From: Candidatus Zixiibacteriota bacterium
Lineage (GTDB): Bacteria; Zixibacteria; MSB-5A5; SM23-73-2
Direction of reading: 5' to 3'
Assembly (NCBI GenBank): GCA_030615745.1
Contig: JAUWYR010000008.1
Location: 762-64,761, forward strand
Length of the DNA stretch: 64,000 nucleotides
Shown here in pieces: positions 52,567 to 63,512 of this stretch (positions within the stretch are counted from its first letter, which is position 1; every line of letters starts with the position of its first letter). The notes under the pieces are model-generated. The model had not been told where the DNA came from. It ran no database searches and saw nothing but the letters and a program-made list of their open reading frames with translations. The position numbers and the translations under genes were made by a program.

Positions 52567-53523
52567 TTATATCAGTTTTGCCTCCCTTAAGAACCTCTCG
52601 CTTGCAGAATAAGGATCATCCTTACCAGCCAAAACCTCCTCCACTATATTTTCAATATCAAAGCTTTCTTTAACTTTTTCCTCTGTGATCTCTTTTATCC
52701 TATTTTCAATTAGTTTTTTTATCTCAGATTTTATCTGAGCTTTCCTTTTCTTTTCGAAAATGCCATTATCCTGAATAAATTTTTTATGCTCTTCGATCTT
52801 TTTCCATAATAAATCGATTCCGATATTATGAGTGGCTTGGACAGAAATCACCGGGTATTCCCAGCACTTTCCAAAAGAGTTATCTTTTTTGCGTTTCAAA
52901 TCTAAAAAAGAGTCGAGCTCATAGATCAAGTTTGATGCTCCTTCTCTATCTGCCTTATTAACCACAAATATATCCGCAATCTCCATCAGTCCTGCCTTCA
53001 TCGCCTGAATCGCATCCCCTGACTCAGGCGTAAAGACTACCAGCGTGGTGTCGCAGTTATCAACCACATCCAGATCAACTTGACCCACACCAACAGTCTC
53101 TATTATAATATAATCTTTTCCAAAAGCATCCAAAACTAAAATAACCTCTTTGGTTGTCTTAGCCAAGCCTCCTTTTGAACCTCTTGAAGCCATGCTCCTT
53201 ATGAAAACATCTTTTACCGATGATAAAGCCTGCATTCTTATTCTGTCACCTAAAAGTGCTCCTCCAGTGAAAGGGCTTGTGGGATCAACTGCTATTATTC
53301 CAACTGTCCTATCTTGAGATGAAAGCTTTTGAGCTAATTTATCTGTCAGTGTGCTTTTGCCAGACCCGGGTGGACCAGTCATACCAATACGATAGGCTTT
53401 ACCGGTCATTGGATAGATTCGGCTTAAAAACTTCTCGTAATCTTTTGACTGATTCTCCACATAGGTGATGAACTTAGACAAAGCTACTGGGTCTTTTTTT
53501 TGAAATCTTTCAAAAAGTGTCAT
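52567..53523 (-). CDS. meaB: MeaB/ArgK-type G-protein chaperone for B12 mutases
   Basis: P-loop 'GMTGPPGSGKST'; 318 aa. Confidence 0.8.
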   Translation of the reverse strand: MTLFERFQKKDPVALSKFITYVENQSKDYEKFLSRIYPMTGKAYRIGMTGPPGSGKSTLTDKLAQKLSSQDRTVGIIAVDPTSPFTGGALLGDRIRMQALSSVKDVFIRSMASRGSKGGLAKTTKEVILVLDAFGKDYIIIETVGVGQVDLDVVDNCDTTLVVFTPESGDAIQAMKAGLMEIADIFVVNKADREGASNLIYELDSFLDLKRKKDNSFGKCWEYPVISVQATHNIGIDLLWKKIEEHKKFIQDNGIFEKKRKAQIKSEIKKLIENRIKEITEEKVKESFDIENIVEEVLAGKDDPYSASERFLREAKLI

Positions 53524-55241
53524 ATCTCAGCTATTTTTAAATCTTTTACCCTTAGTTGAAATCTTGTATTCCCATTCCATTCATTTTTCTCTATCATGTA
53601 GACTAAATCGATTTTTATTCTTTTCATCGACAAAGGCTTAACCCAATCTCCCAATCCGAAGCCAATTGCATCGAAGATAGAATCCCCCTTTTTCACCTTT
53701 AATCTGAGATGGTTATTTCCAACAATATAGGGCTCTCCAAAAATCTCTAAATTTTTAGTCAAAAACACAGGACAAAAGTTTTTTGGACCAAAAGGAGAAA
53801 ATAACTCTAAGGAGTCAACAAGATTCTGGTCGATTGAGCTCAATTTAATTTCACAATCGATTGTAAGTTTTGGGATAAAATCATCAAAAGAGAGTCTTTG
53901 GGAGGATATGGCTTTTAACCTTTTTCGAAATAGGTCGATTTTATCTGGTGAGATGGAAAAGCCGGCAGCATATTCATGCCCACCGTATCTTATCAGATAT
54001 TCCTCGCATTCCTTTAGAACGTGGTAGAGAGAAAACCCAGATATAGTCCGGGCTGAGCCTTTGCCTTCATCTTCATCAATAGCTATCATCATACAAGGAC
54101 GATGAAACCTCTCCACAAGACGGGAGGCAACTATGCCAATCACTCCCTGATGCCAAGAAGGGGAGGATAAAACAATTATTTTATCCTTTGAAAGGTCAAC
54201 ATCTTTTTCGATAAGCTCTAAAGCTTCACTAAGTGTCTTCTCATCGATAGTTTTGCGGGTTTTATTATCTTTATCCAATTCCCGGGCAAGTTGGGAAGCT
54301 ATGTTTTCATCCTTGGTGGTCAAAAGCTTTACCGCTTTAGCTGCATCGCCCAATCTTCCAACAGCATTTATACGGGGAGCTAAAATATAGACAATTTGTC
54401 CTGTTCCGATATTTCTTCCTAAAATCCCGGAAATAAAGATAAGCGATTTAAGTCCGGCTTTTGTTGTCCTGGAGATCTGAGCCATTCCGAACTTGGTCAA
54501 TGTTCGATTTTCCTTGGTCAAGGGAACTATATCAGCAGAAGTTCCTAAAGCCACTAAATCGAGGTGTTGTTCTAATTCAGACTCATCCTGTGCTAATCTT
54601 TTGTATAATCCTTGAGCAAACTTGAAAGCAACGCCCACACCGGAGAGCTCACCTCCTGGATATTCTTTTCCTTTTTGTTTTGGATCTATAATGGCGCAGG
54701 CATCAGGTAAAACCTCTGAGGGCTCGTGGTGGTCTGTGATGATGCAATCTATTCCCAAGGAATTAGCAAAATCGACCTCTTTTTTGGCTGTTACTCCACA
54801 GTCAACAGTTATTAGAAGTTTAGCCTTCCTTTTATTAGCCTCCACAATCCCTTCTTCAGAAAGTCCATATCCCTCAACCATTCGATTGGGTAGATAATAG
54901 GAGACATTCCCTCCTAAGCGATTCAAAACCAAAAAGATCAAAGAGACTGCTGTTATCCCATCCACGTCGTAATCTCCGAAAATCATTATCTTTTGGTTCT
55001 CTTTTAAGGCATAAATTACCCGCTCCACTCCCCTGTCCATATCCTTTAAAAGAAAAGGATCAAGAAGGTCAGAAAGAGTTGGCTTCAAAAAGCTTTCTGC
55101 CATCTGGGGGTCAGAAAGCCCTCTGTTAACTAAAATTTTTGCCGCAACCTCTGGCAAATCTATCTCTTTTTTTAGTGCCCAGACTAAAGATGGATCAGGT
55201 TCTGAAAGAATTTTCCAAAAGAATTTATTAGTCATTGTCAA
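53520..55241 (-). CDS. recJ: single-stranded-DNA-specific exonuclease RecJ
   Basis: DHH motifs 'IFGDYDVDGITA', 'ITDHH'; 573 aa. Confidence 0.85.
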   Translation of the reverse strand: MTMTNKFFWKILSEPDPSLVWALKKEIDLPEVAAKILVNRGLSDPQMAESFLKPTLSDLLDPFLLKDMDRGVERVIYALKENQKIMIFGDYDVDGITAVSLIFLVLNRLGGNVSYYLPNRMVEGYGLSEEGIVEANKRKAKLLITVDCGVTAKKEVDFANSLGIDCIITDHHEPSEVLPDACAIIDPKQKGKEYPGGELSGVGVAFKFAQGLYKRLAQDESELEQHLDLVALGTSADIVPLTKENRTLTKFGMAQISRTTKAGLKSLIFISGILGRNIGTGQIVYILAPRINAVGRLGDAAKAVKLLTTKDENIASQLARELDKDNKTRKTIDEKTLSEALELIEKDVDLSKDKIIVLSSPSWHQGVIGIVASRLVERFHRPCMMIAIDEDEGKGSARTISGFSLYHVLKECEEYLIRYGGHEYAAGFSISPDKIDLFRKRLKAISSQRLSFDDFIPKLTIDCEIKLSSIDQNLVDSLELFSPFGPKNFCPVFLTKNLEIFGEPYIVGNNHLRLKVKKGDSIFDAIGFGLGDWVKPLSMKRIKIDLVYMIEKNEWNGNTRFQLRVKDLKIAEI

Positions 55242-55251
55242 AATTTAAAAA

Positions 55252-55616
55252 GCCAAAGCAGACCATAAGCCGAGTTCTGTTCACCCACCTAAGGGTTGAC
55301 GATCATCCATCTGGGGTATCCGTTGCCGGATACCTCAAGCGACCTACCCGGAAGTGAAAGCGAAGCAGGCGACTTCTCCTTCCCTATTTGGTCTTGCTCT
55401 CGAGTGGGGTTTGCCCTGCCAGATGTTTCCACCTGACAGAGTGGTCTCTTACACCACTGTTTCACCTTTACCCCCGCATTATGCGGGGGCAGTTTAGTTT
55501 CTGTGGCACTTTCCGTTCCGTAAAGGACCCCCGCGTTACGGGGCACTCTGCCTTTGAGAGCTCGGACTTTCCTCCCCCTGCAAAAAGCAGGGAGCGATCG
55601 TCTGGTCTGCTTTGGC
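55252..55616 (-). ncRNA. rnpB: RNase P RNA, bacterial type A
   Basis: Minus-strand reads 'GGAGGAAAGUCCGAGCUC' (P4), 'AAAGUGCCACAGAAA', 'GGGUAAAGGUGAAACAGUGGUGUAAGAGACCAC', 'AGCAAGACCAAAUAGGG', 'ACAGAACUCGGCUUAUGGUC'; P1 pairing GCCAAAGCAGACC / GGUCUGCUUUGGC. Confidence 0.85.
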
Positions 55617-55758
55617 TTTTTTTCTCCTCCTCCTATTTCTACGAAAGTTAACTCAATTTATCAAGAACATTTTCTCATTGTAACGGACAGGATCTCCTTT
55701 ATCAAAAACTTGCCATGTCCGCCCAGCTGGCAGAAGCAATTGTGCCAAATTCATTATT

Positions 55759-55954
55759 TAAGTTTCTCCTGTTGTCTTTAATACCTGATTGACTATCTTC
55801 GGATGTAATATTTTCCCTGTATGGAATGGAATGACTATTCTTCTGTTTTCTTTCATATATATTCGATGACTTCCCTTGCTTCTGATCAGTTTAAACCCAG
55901 ACCCAAGCAGGAGCTTCTCAGCTTCTTGGTGGTTAGCCTGGGTAGTTTACGCAC
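55759..55954 (-). pseudogene. hicA: hicA-family mRNA-interferase toxin gene, frameshifted
   Basis: Frame 1 gives 'VRKLPRLTTKK', a shifted frame gives 'EAEKLLLGSGFKLIRSKGSHRIYMKENRRIVIPFHTGKILHPKIVNQVLKTTGET'; 196-nt span is not a multiple of 3; GTG start overlaps the hicB stop (GTGCGTAA). Confidence 0.5.
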
Positions 55955-56171
55955 CTTCTACCTCTAAAGATGTGGTCAGTATCTGTTTGCTCAAAAGTTG
56001 CTTCGCCTCGTCCTCTGATAATGTTTCCAAATAGAGCTCGACCGCCTCTTTAATATTGTTCAAAACCTCTTCTAAGGTATCTCCCTGGGTCTGGCATCCC
56101 TCCAGTTCCGGAGAGTATGCATAATATCCGGATTCGTCTTTTTCGATGACAATGCCAACTTTATAAGACAC
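55947..56171 (-). CDS. hicB: HicB-family antitoxin (UPF0150)
   Basis: 'SGYYAYSPELEGCQTQGDTLEEVLNNIKEAVELYLE'. Confidence 0.7.
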   Translation of the reverse strand: MSYKVGIVIEKDESGYYAYSPELEGCQTQGDTLEEVLNNIKEAVELYLETLSEDEAKQLLSKQILTTSLEVEGA

Positions 56172-56219
56172 TATATTTTCCTCCTTTGCTTTCTGGTCAC
56201 ATCTATCAGTAACACATTC

Positions 56220-58405
<2,186 letters not shown>

Positions 58406-58426
58406 TAAACTCTCCTTCTAAAACAA

Positions 58427-58458
58427 AAAAGTGCACTAAAACTTAGTGCACTAAAAAA
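58427..58458 (-). promoter_or_regulatory. two tandem 16-bp units, each centred on the perfect palindrome AGTGCACT, between promoter region and RBS of 57698..58405
   Basis: 'aaaagtgcactaaaac' and 'ttagtgcactaaaaaa' read directly. Confidence 0.4.
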
Positions 58459-58542
58459 CAATTTACAGTGGCAAAAAATTGTTTGTCTTTTTTTACCATT
58501 CTCAAAAAAACTTTTCTCTCAGATGAAAAAGAACATTTTTTC

Positions 58543-58619
58543 TGGTGGGCAATACTGGATTCGAACCAGTGACCTTTCGGATGTGAACCGAACGCTCTAA
58601 CCAACTGAGCTAATCGCCC
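58543..58619 (-). tRNA. tRNA-Val (anticodon CAC), CCA encoded
   Basis: Cloverleaf by hand: acceptor GGGCGAU/AUUGCCC, anticodon loop UUCACAU, T-loop UUCGAAU. Confidence 0.85.
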
Positions 58620-58667
58620 ACGTATTCGGTTCACGGTAAACTGTTAACCGTAAACCGTTAACTGACT

Positions 58668-58741
58668 TGGGCCCACCAGGATTCGAACCTGGGACCCACT
58701 GATTATGAGTCAGTTGCTCTAACCAGCTGAGCTATGGGCCC
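58668..58741 (-). tRNA. tRNA-Met (anticodon CAU; elongator, tRNA-Ile-lysidine not excluded)
   Basis: Acceptor GGGCCCA/UGGGCCC, anticodon loop CUCAUAA, T-loop UUCGAAU; 1:72 base pair present so not an initiator. Confidence 0.8.
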
Positions 58742-58752
58742 ATCTATTTTAT

Positions 58753-58781
58753 ATATTACGATAAAATGTTTTCTTAGTCAA
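58753..58781 (-). promoter_or_regulatory. sigma-70-type promoter for the tRNA-Met/tRNA-Val pair
   Basis: Minus strand: TTGACT, 17 nt, TAATAT, about 11 nt to the tRNA 5' end. Confidence 0.5.
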
Positions 58782-59111
58782 GAAATTTTTACTATATTTT
58801 TTTCAAGAGAACTCTTGATGCATCCCGCCAAAGGCGGGATGCTTTTTAGCTTCGGGAATTCTTCCGCCTTTTGCGGAATCTTGAGACTATTCCCGAAGCA
58901 TCAGGGAAAATTTTATCTTTTTAAACTCCAATGATTCTCTCCCACATCTTTAACGTAACATTTAAAAAGCTATCAAACTATTTTACAAATAAGCACGGAT
59001 GAAATCTATGCCTACAAGCTCAGTTAATAAATCTCTACTATTATTTTTTAGACAGGGGATGGATTACAGAAAAGGGTGAGTTTTTATTTTTAATTTTTAC
59101 TTTTTAATTTT

Positions 59112-60470
59112 TTATTTTTCTTTTAATCCATATTTCTCTATCTTCCGGTAAAGGGTGGATGAATCTATACCCAAAATCTGAGCTGCCTTTGCCTTCTGCC
59201 AGCTGGTCTGATTTAAGACCCAGAAAATATATGCTCTCTCTATTGTCTCTAAGTCAGGAGTATGCGGTTTGTCTTCTGTTATTTTAACCATTTTTTGGTC
59301 GAGGATTTTCTCTGGCAAATCCGAAATCCCTATCAGCTCATCTTTAGCTAAAAGTACCGCCCTCTCAATTGTATTCTCAAGTTCCCTTGCGTTTCCAGGC
59401 CAGGAATAATCTATCAATTTCTTCAAAGCTTCATCTGTAATTTTTTTCTCTTTTTGTCTGAATTTTTTGCAATACTTTTTTATGAAATAAAATGCTAAAA
59501 GCTTGCTATCATCTTTTCTTTTCCTCAAAGGTAGTATGTGGATAGGAAAAACATTTAACCTGTAATAAAGGTCTGCTCTGAAGTTTCCAATTTTTACCTC
59601 CTGTTCCAAATCTGCATTGGTAGCAGCAATCAATCTCACATCCACTTGGATAGGCTTAGTGCTCCCAACAGGAGTTATCTCCTTCTCCTCCAATACCCGT
59701 AAAAGCTTTACCTGAATAGCCCGGGATATCACACCGATTTCATCCAAAAAGAAGGTTCCACCATCTGCAGTTTTAAAAAGTCCCTCTTTATCCTTTATCG
59801 CTCCTGTAAAAGACCCCCTTATATGTCCAAAAAGCTCCGACTCCAGAAGAGATTCAGGTAAAGCGGCACAACTGATGGTGACAAAAGGTTTATCTGATCT
59901 GCGGGAATAATAGTGAATCGCTTTCGCCACAAGCTCCTTACCTGTTCCTGATTCACCCTGAATCAAAACAGTGGAATCAGTCTGTGCCACTTTCTCTGCA
60001 AGCCTTTTCATCTCCAGAATCTCAGGAGAGTTTCCTATGAAGTTATCAAAGGAGAACTCTTTTTTAAGCTGTTTTTTCAAATCAAGATTTTCTCTGGTTA
60101 TCCTTTTTTGCTCCAAAGATTTTTTTATAGTGATTTTCAACTCATCTACTTTAAAGGGCTTGGCTATATAATCGAAAGCGCCTTTTTTCAAAGCCTCAAT
60201 AGCTGTGTCCACTGAGGCATAGGCAGTCATAACTATAAATGATAAATCTCGATCAATTGACTTTACTTTGGACAAAAGCTCAAGTCCATTTAGCTCCGGC
60301 ATCATAAGGTCAGCTATGACAAGGTCAAAATTAGAGTTCTTTATCTTCTCCAAAGCATCCTTACTACTCTGAGTGGAGGTAACTTCATACCCTTCCTTTT
60401 TAAGCATTATCTGCATGAATTTGCACATCGACTCCTCATCATCGATCACAATAATTTTGGCTTTTTCCAT
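59112..60470 (-). CDS. sigma-54-dependent response regulator (NtrC family)
   Basis: REC domain; AAA+ 'GESGTGKELVAKAIH' and 'ESELFGH' motifs; C-terminal Fis-type HTH. Confidence 0.85.
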   Translation of the reverse strand: MEKAKIIVIDDEESMCKFMQIMLKKEGYEVTSTQSSKDALEKIKNSNFDLVIADLMMPELNGLELLSKVKSIDRDLSFIVMTAYASVDTAIEALKKGAFDYIAKPFKVDELKITIKKSLEQKRITRENLDLKKQLKKEFSFDNFIGNSPEILEMKRLAEKVAQTDSTVLIQGESGTGKELVAKAIHYYSRRSDKPFVTISCAALPESLLESELFGHIRGSFTGAIKDKEGLFKTADGGTFFLDEIGVISRAIQVKLLRVLEEKEITPVGSTKPIQVDVRLIAATNADLEQEVKIGNFRADLYYRLNVFPIHILPLRKRKDDSKLLAFYFIKKYCKKFRQKEKKITDEALKKLIDYSWPGNARELENTIERAVLLAKDELIGISDLPEKILDQKMVKITEDKPHTPDLETIERAYIFWVLNQTSWQKAKAAQILGIDSSTLYRKIEKYGLKEK

Positions 60471-60616
60471 AGGTTTTCTCCCCTTTCATTTAAATTCTAT
60501 CGGCAGAAAAAAAACTAACTTCAGAAATGATACCTTGTCAAGTTCAGAATCTTGACCGACTATATCTCACTGATGTCCGGAGTTTTGATAATGCTAAAAG
60601 GTAATAGAGGATAATT

Positions 60617-62020
60617 TTACGCGATCCTCTCAAGAACAAGTTTCCCCTTTTTCTTTTCTATTCTGGTTGGGTATTTACCTGAAAAGCAGGCAACGCAGAA
60701 ATCCTCCTTGGGCAAAGAGTGCATTGAAAGCATCCCCTCCAAGGAGAGATATTCTAAAGAGTCAACATCAAGATATTTTCTTATCTGTTCAACTGATTTA
60801 TAAGAGGCAATAAGCTCCTTTTTTGTCGGCATATCTATGCCATAAAAACAAGGGCTTATAATTGGTGGAGATGATACTCTAAAATGAACTTCCTTAGCAC
60901 CGGAATTTCTTATCATCTTTATAAGCTTTTTTGAAGTTGTTCCTCTAACTATGGAATCATCTACTATTATCACCCTTTTGCCTTTTAGAACGCCTTTAAC
61001 CGGATTGAATTTAATTTTAGCATCCAAATCCCTTATTTCTTGATCGGGCATGATGAAAGTCCTTCCAATATAATGGTTGCGGATCAAACCGAATTCATAT
61101 TTTATTCCAGACTCCTCAGAGTATCCGAGTGTTGCGGTGTTGCTCGAATCTGGCACAGATACCACTATATCGGCATCCACAGGCTTTTCTTTGGCTAATT
61201 GTCTTCCCAGCCTCCTTCGGATCTTATCCGCATTTTCACCATAGATTTTTGAGTCTGGACGGGAAAAATATATGAACTCGAAGATGCAGAAAGCGTGCTT
61301 TACTTTTTTGAAAGGGTGAAAAGATTTTATCCCCCCTTTATTGATAACCAATATTTCCCCTGGCTCTATGTCTCTTATATATTTAGCACCTATTATATCA
61401 AAAGCACAGGTCTCAGAAGCAACTACCCAGGACTTGTTATATTTGCCAAAAGCCAAGGGTCTGAATCCATAAGGGTCCCTTGCTGCAATTAAAGAATCCT
61501 TGGTTAAAAACACCAGAGAATAAGCTCCTTTTACCAAGGATAAAGAGTGTGCGATCCCATCCTCGATTTTTTTTTCCTTTGATCTGGCGATTAGATGAAG
61601 AATTATCTCTGAATCGTTTGTGGTCTGAAATATTGACCCCTTTTTCTCCAGTTCTTGGTGTAGACTATAACAATTTGTTAAATTTCCATTATGTGCAATA
61701 GCCAATTTTTTACCTTTACAGGTTATCAAAAGTGGCTGGACATTTACTAAAGATGATAAACCTGTGGTGGAATATCTGTTATGCCCGATAGCTATTCGTC
61801 CTTTTAATTTAGATAATGTCTCTTTGCTCTCAAAAATTTCATTGACCTGTCCTAATCCCTTATGCTCACAAATCTTTTCACCATCTGAGGATACAATCCC
61901 AGCTCCCTCCTGCCCTCGATGTTGTAAAGCATAAAGACCTAAATAGGTAAGCTCAGCAGACTTCTTAGCCCCAAAAATTCCGAAAACTCCGCATTGGTCA
62001 TGAATAATTCTTTCTATCAT
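60617..62020 (-). CDS. purF: amidophosphoribosyltransferase
   Basis: 'CGVFGIFG' Ntn amidotransferase N-terminus; PRTase domain; 467 aa. Confidence 0.85.
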   Translation of the reverse strand: MIERIIHDQCGVFGIFGAKKSAELTYLGLYALQHRGQEGAGIVSSDGEKICEHKGLGQVNEIFESKETLSKLKGRIAIGHNRYSTTGLSSLVNVQPLLITCKGKKLAIAHNGNLTNCYSLHQELEKKGSIFQTTNDSEIILHLIARSKEKKIEDGIAHSLSLVKGAYSLVFLTKDSLIAARDPYGFRPLAFGKYNKSWVVASETCAFDIIGAKYIRDIEPGEILVINKGGIKSFHPFKKVKHAFCIFEFIYFSRPDSKIYGENADKIRRRLGRQLAKEKPVDADIVVSVPDSSNTATLGYSEESGIKYEFGLIRNHYIGRTFIMPDQEIRDLDAKIKFNPVKGVLKGKRVIIVDDSIVRGTTSKKLIKMIRNSGAKEVHFRVSSPPIISPCFYGIDMPTKKELIASYKSVEQIRKYLDVDSLEYLSLEGMLSMHSLPKEDFCVACFSGKYPTRIEKKKGKLVLERIA

Positions 62021-62464
62021 CTAAACCACCAAACATACTATATACGAAAAGGAAAGAATTTAATTTAGCCTCACCTTATCACTCTGTCAAGCACTTTTAT
62101 CTTGGTATTTTTGAAAAAAATTCAGGGGAAAATACATGTGCAAATAACTATTTTTGTTCACTGCTGACTAAAGGGGAAAATGCACTAATAAAGCATGCCT
62201 ACACACCTCTTATAATTTAACATTAGAGTGTAAACCTTTAGGTTTACTAAGATGAGTCTTTCCGAATAAAGCTACAAGCTTTAGACTCCAACAGGATTTA
62301 TTCCTTTGGCTCCCTATTACTCTCATCTGTTGAAAGGTTGGACAAAGAGATCTAAGTCAAACAAAAATGCTGTAACGCACAGATTTTTTCCCAAAAGAAC
62401 GCTAATTTTTTCTTCAAACCTGCCGATTAATAAATAATCTCAAATTTTAACTTTTAATCAGGAG

Positions 62465-62692
62465 GTGTCAATGCTCTGGTGGAGTACTATTCTATTTATC
62501 TTGGGAGTTTTGGCTTTTCTGGATAGTATTTTTAATTACGGTGAGATCTTCAGGCAAGTCAACTCTTTTTTCTTCATGCTCATCTCCCTGGGGATATTGA
62601 TAAGGCTTCGGCATATATTAAGACAAAAACCTGGTTGGGAGTCTGAGAAAGAGAAAACCACAGAAAAGGTAAAAGAAAAAGTGGAGGTTTAA
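62465..62692 (+). CDS. small membrane protein, hypothetical
   Basis: 75 aa, two TM helices. Confidence 0.3.
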   Translation: MSMLWWSTILFILGVLAFLDSIFNYGEIFRQVNSFFFMLISLGILIRLRHILRQKPGWESEKEKTTEKVKEKVEV

Positions 62693-62732
62693 AGTTAGAA
62701 AAACTCAGAGCCCCGCCAAAAGCGGGGTTTTT

Positions 62733-63512
62733 TTATTCGGTTTTTTTCTGGGATTTTGATAGGTCCAGCATTTTGATTCCGGGTGCATATTCGGTTATAA
62801 CAGGCTCGATAATGGAAAGAAGGCTTTTGGTGATCTCTGCTATTTTGAGTGTGCCTTTCTCAATTGCTTTAAGCCTCTGCTCGGTCTTTTGGTCGAGTCT
62901 TTCCTTTTCTCCTAAGATAAGTTGGACATTCCCTAAGATGGCTGTCAAAGGATTGTTGATCTCGTGATTAATTGTAACCGCAACCTGCATTATAGCTGAA
63001 AGCCTCTCAGATTTTATAATCTTTTTTTGCTCTTCATCTTTTTCTGGAATTTTCCAGAATTTAAAAGACGCTAAAGCCAGTTGACTCATTAAAGCTTCTA
63101 AAAAATCCTTTTCAGAAGAGAAATCCCTTCTCCCTTTGCAAAGTCCTGTAATTGCACCTATTATTGTCTTTTCAGACCTGATAGAATAGGAAAAAAGAGT
63201 TTGAGCCACCTCTTTTTCCAAAGAGAATAAGACAAACTCAACCCCAAAATCATCCCTTAAACCTGCAAGTATTTTTTTATCGATCTCTTTAATAAGCAGA
63301 TTCTTCTCAACTGACCCAGATAAAGCTTCGTGTGTTACATTTTTCGCCTCATCCAAAAAGCTCACCAGACCTGACTCTAAGTCCAGAATCTCAACTAACC
63401 TATCCACAGCCTCCTGAGCAATGTCAGCCAAATCATTTGAGCTATTTATTTTTATAGCCAAATTCTTTAAGGCAAGATACTTAAGACGGTATTTTTCCTG
63501 ATTTATATCCAT
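62733..63512 (-). CDS. HisKA (DHp) domain protein with N-terminal sensory region, lacks HATPase_c
   Basis: H-box 'HEINNPLTAILG'; protein ends about 60 aa after the H-box with no N/G1/G2 boxes. Confidence 0.5.
   Translation of the reverse strand: MDINQEKYRLKYLALKNLAIKINSSNDLADIAQEAVDRLVEILDLESGLVSFLDEAKNVTHEALSGSVEKNLLIKEIDKKILAGLRDDFGVEFVLFSLEKEVAQTLFSYSIRSEKTIIGAITGLCKGRRDFSSEKDFLEALMSQLALASFKFWKIPEKDEEQKKIIKSERLSAIMQVAVTINHEINNPLTAILGNVQLILGEKERLDQKTEQRLKAIEKGTLKIAEITKSLLSIIEPVITEYAPGIKMLDLSKSQKKTE

Noticed and set aside
55289-55651. ORFs 55289..55546 (-) and 55388..55651 (+)
   Set aside because: Both lie entirely within the RNase P RNA gene (conserved P4, P10-12 and P15 sequence blocks). 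Spurious.
58470-58495. Sigma-54 promoter (TGGCA...TTG) near 58476
   Set aside because: GG-to-GC spacing is one nucleotide short, the GC element is missing, and the site is on the wrong strand for neighbouring genes.
58443-58634. 63-aa ORF on the minus strand
   Set aside because: Overlaps tRNA-Val and the inter-tRNA spacer. Spurious.
62021-62460. Purine or ZTP riboswitch upstream of purF
   Set aside because: No recognisable conserved core in the 440-nt leader. Only the REP-like hairpin was found.
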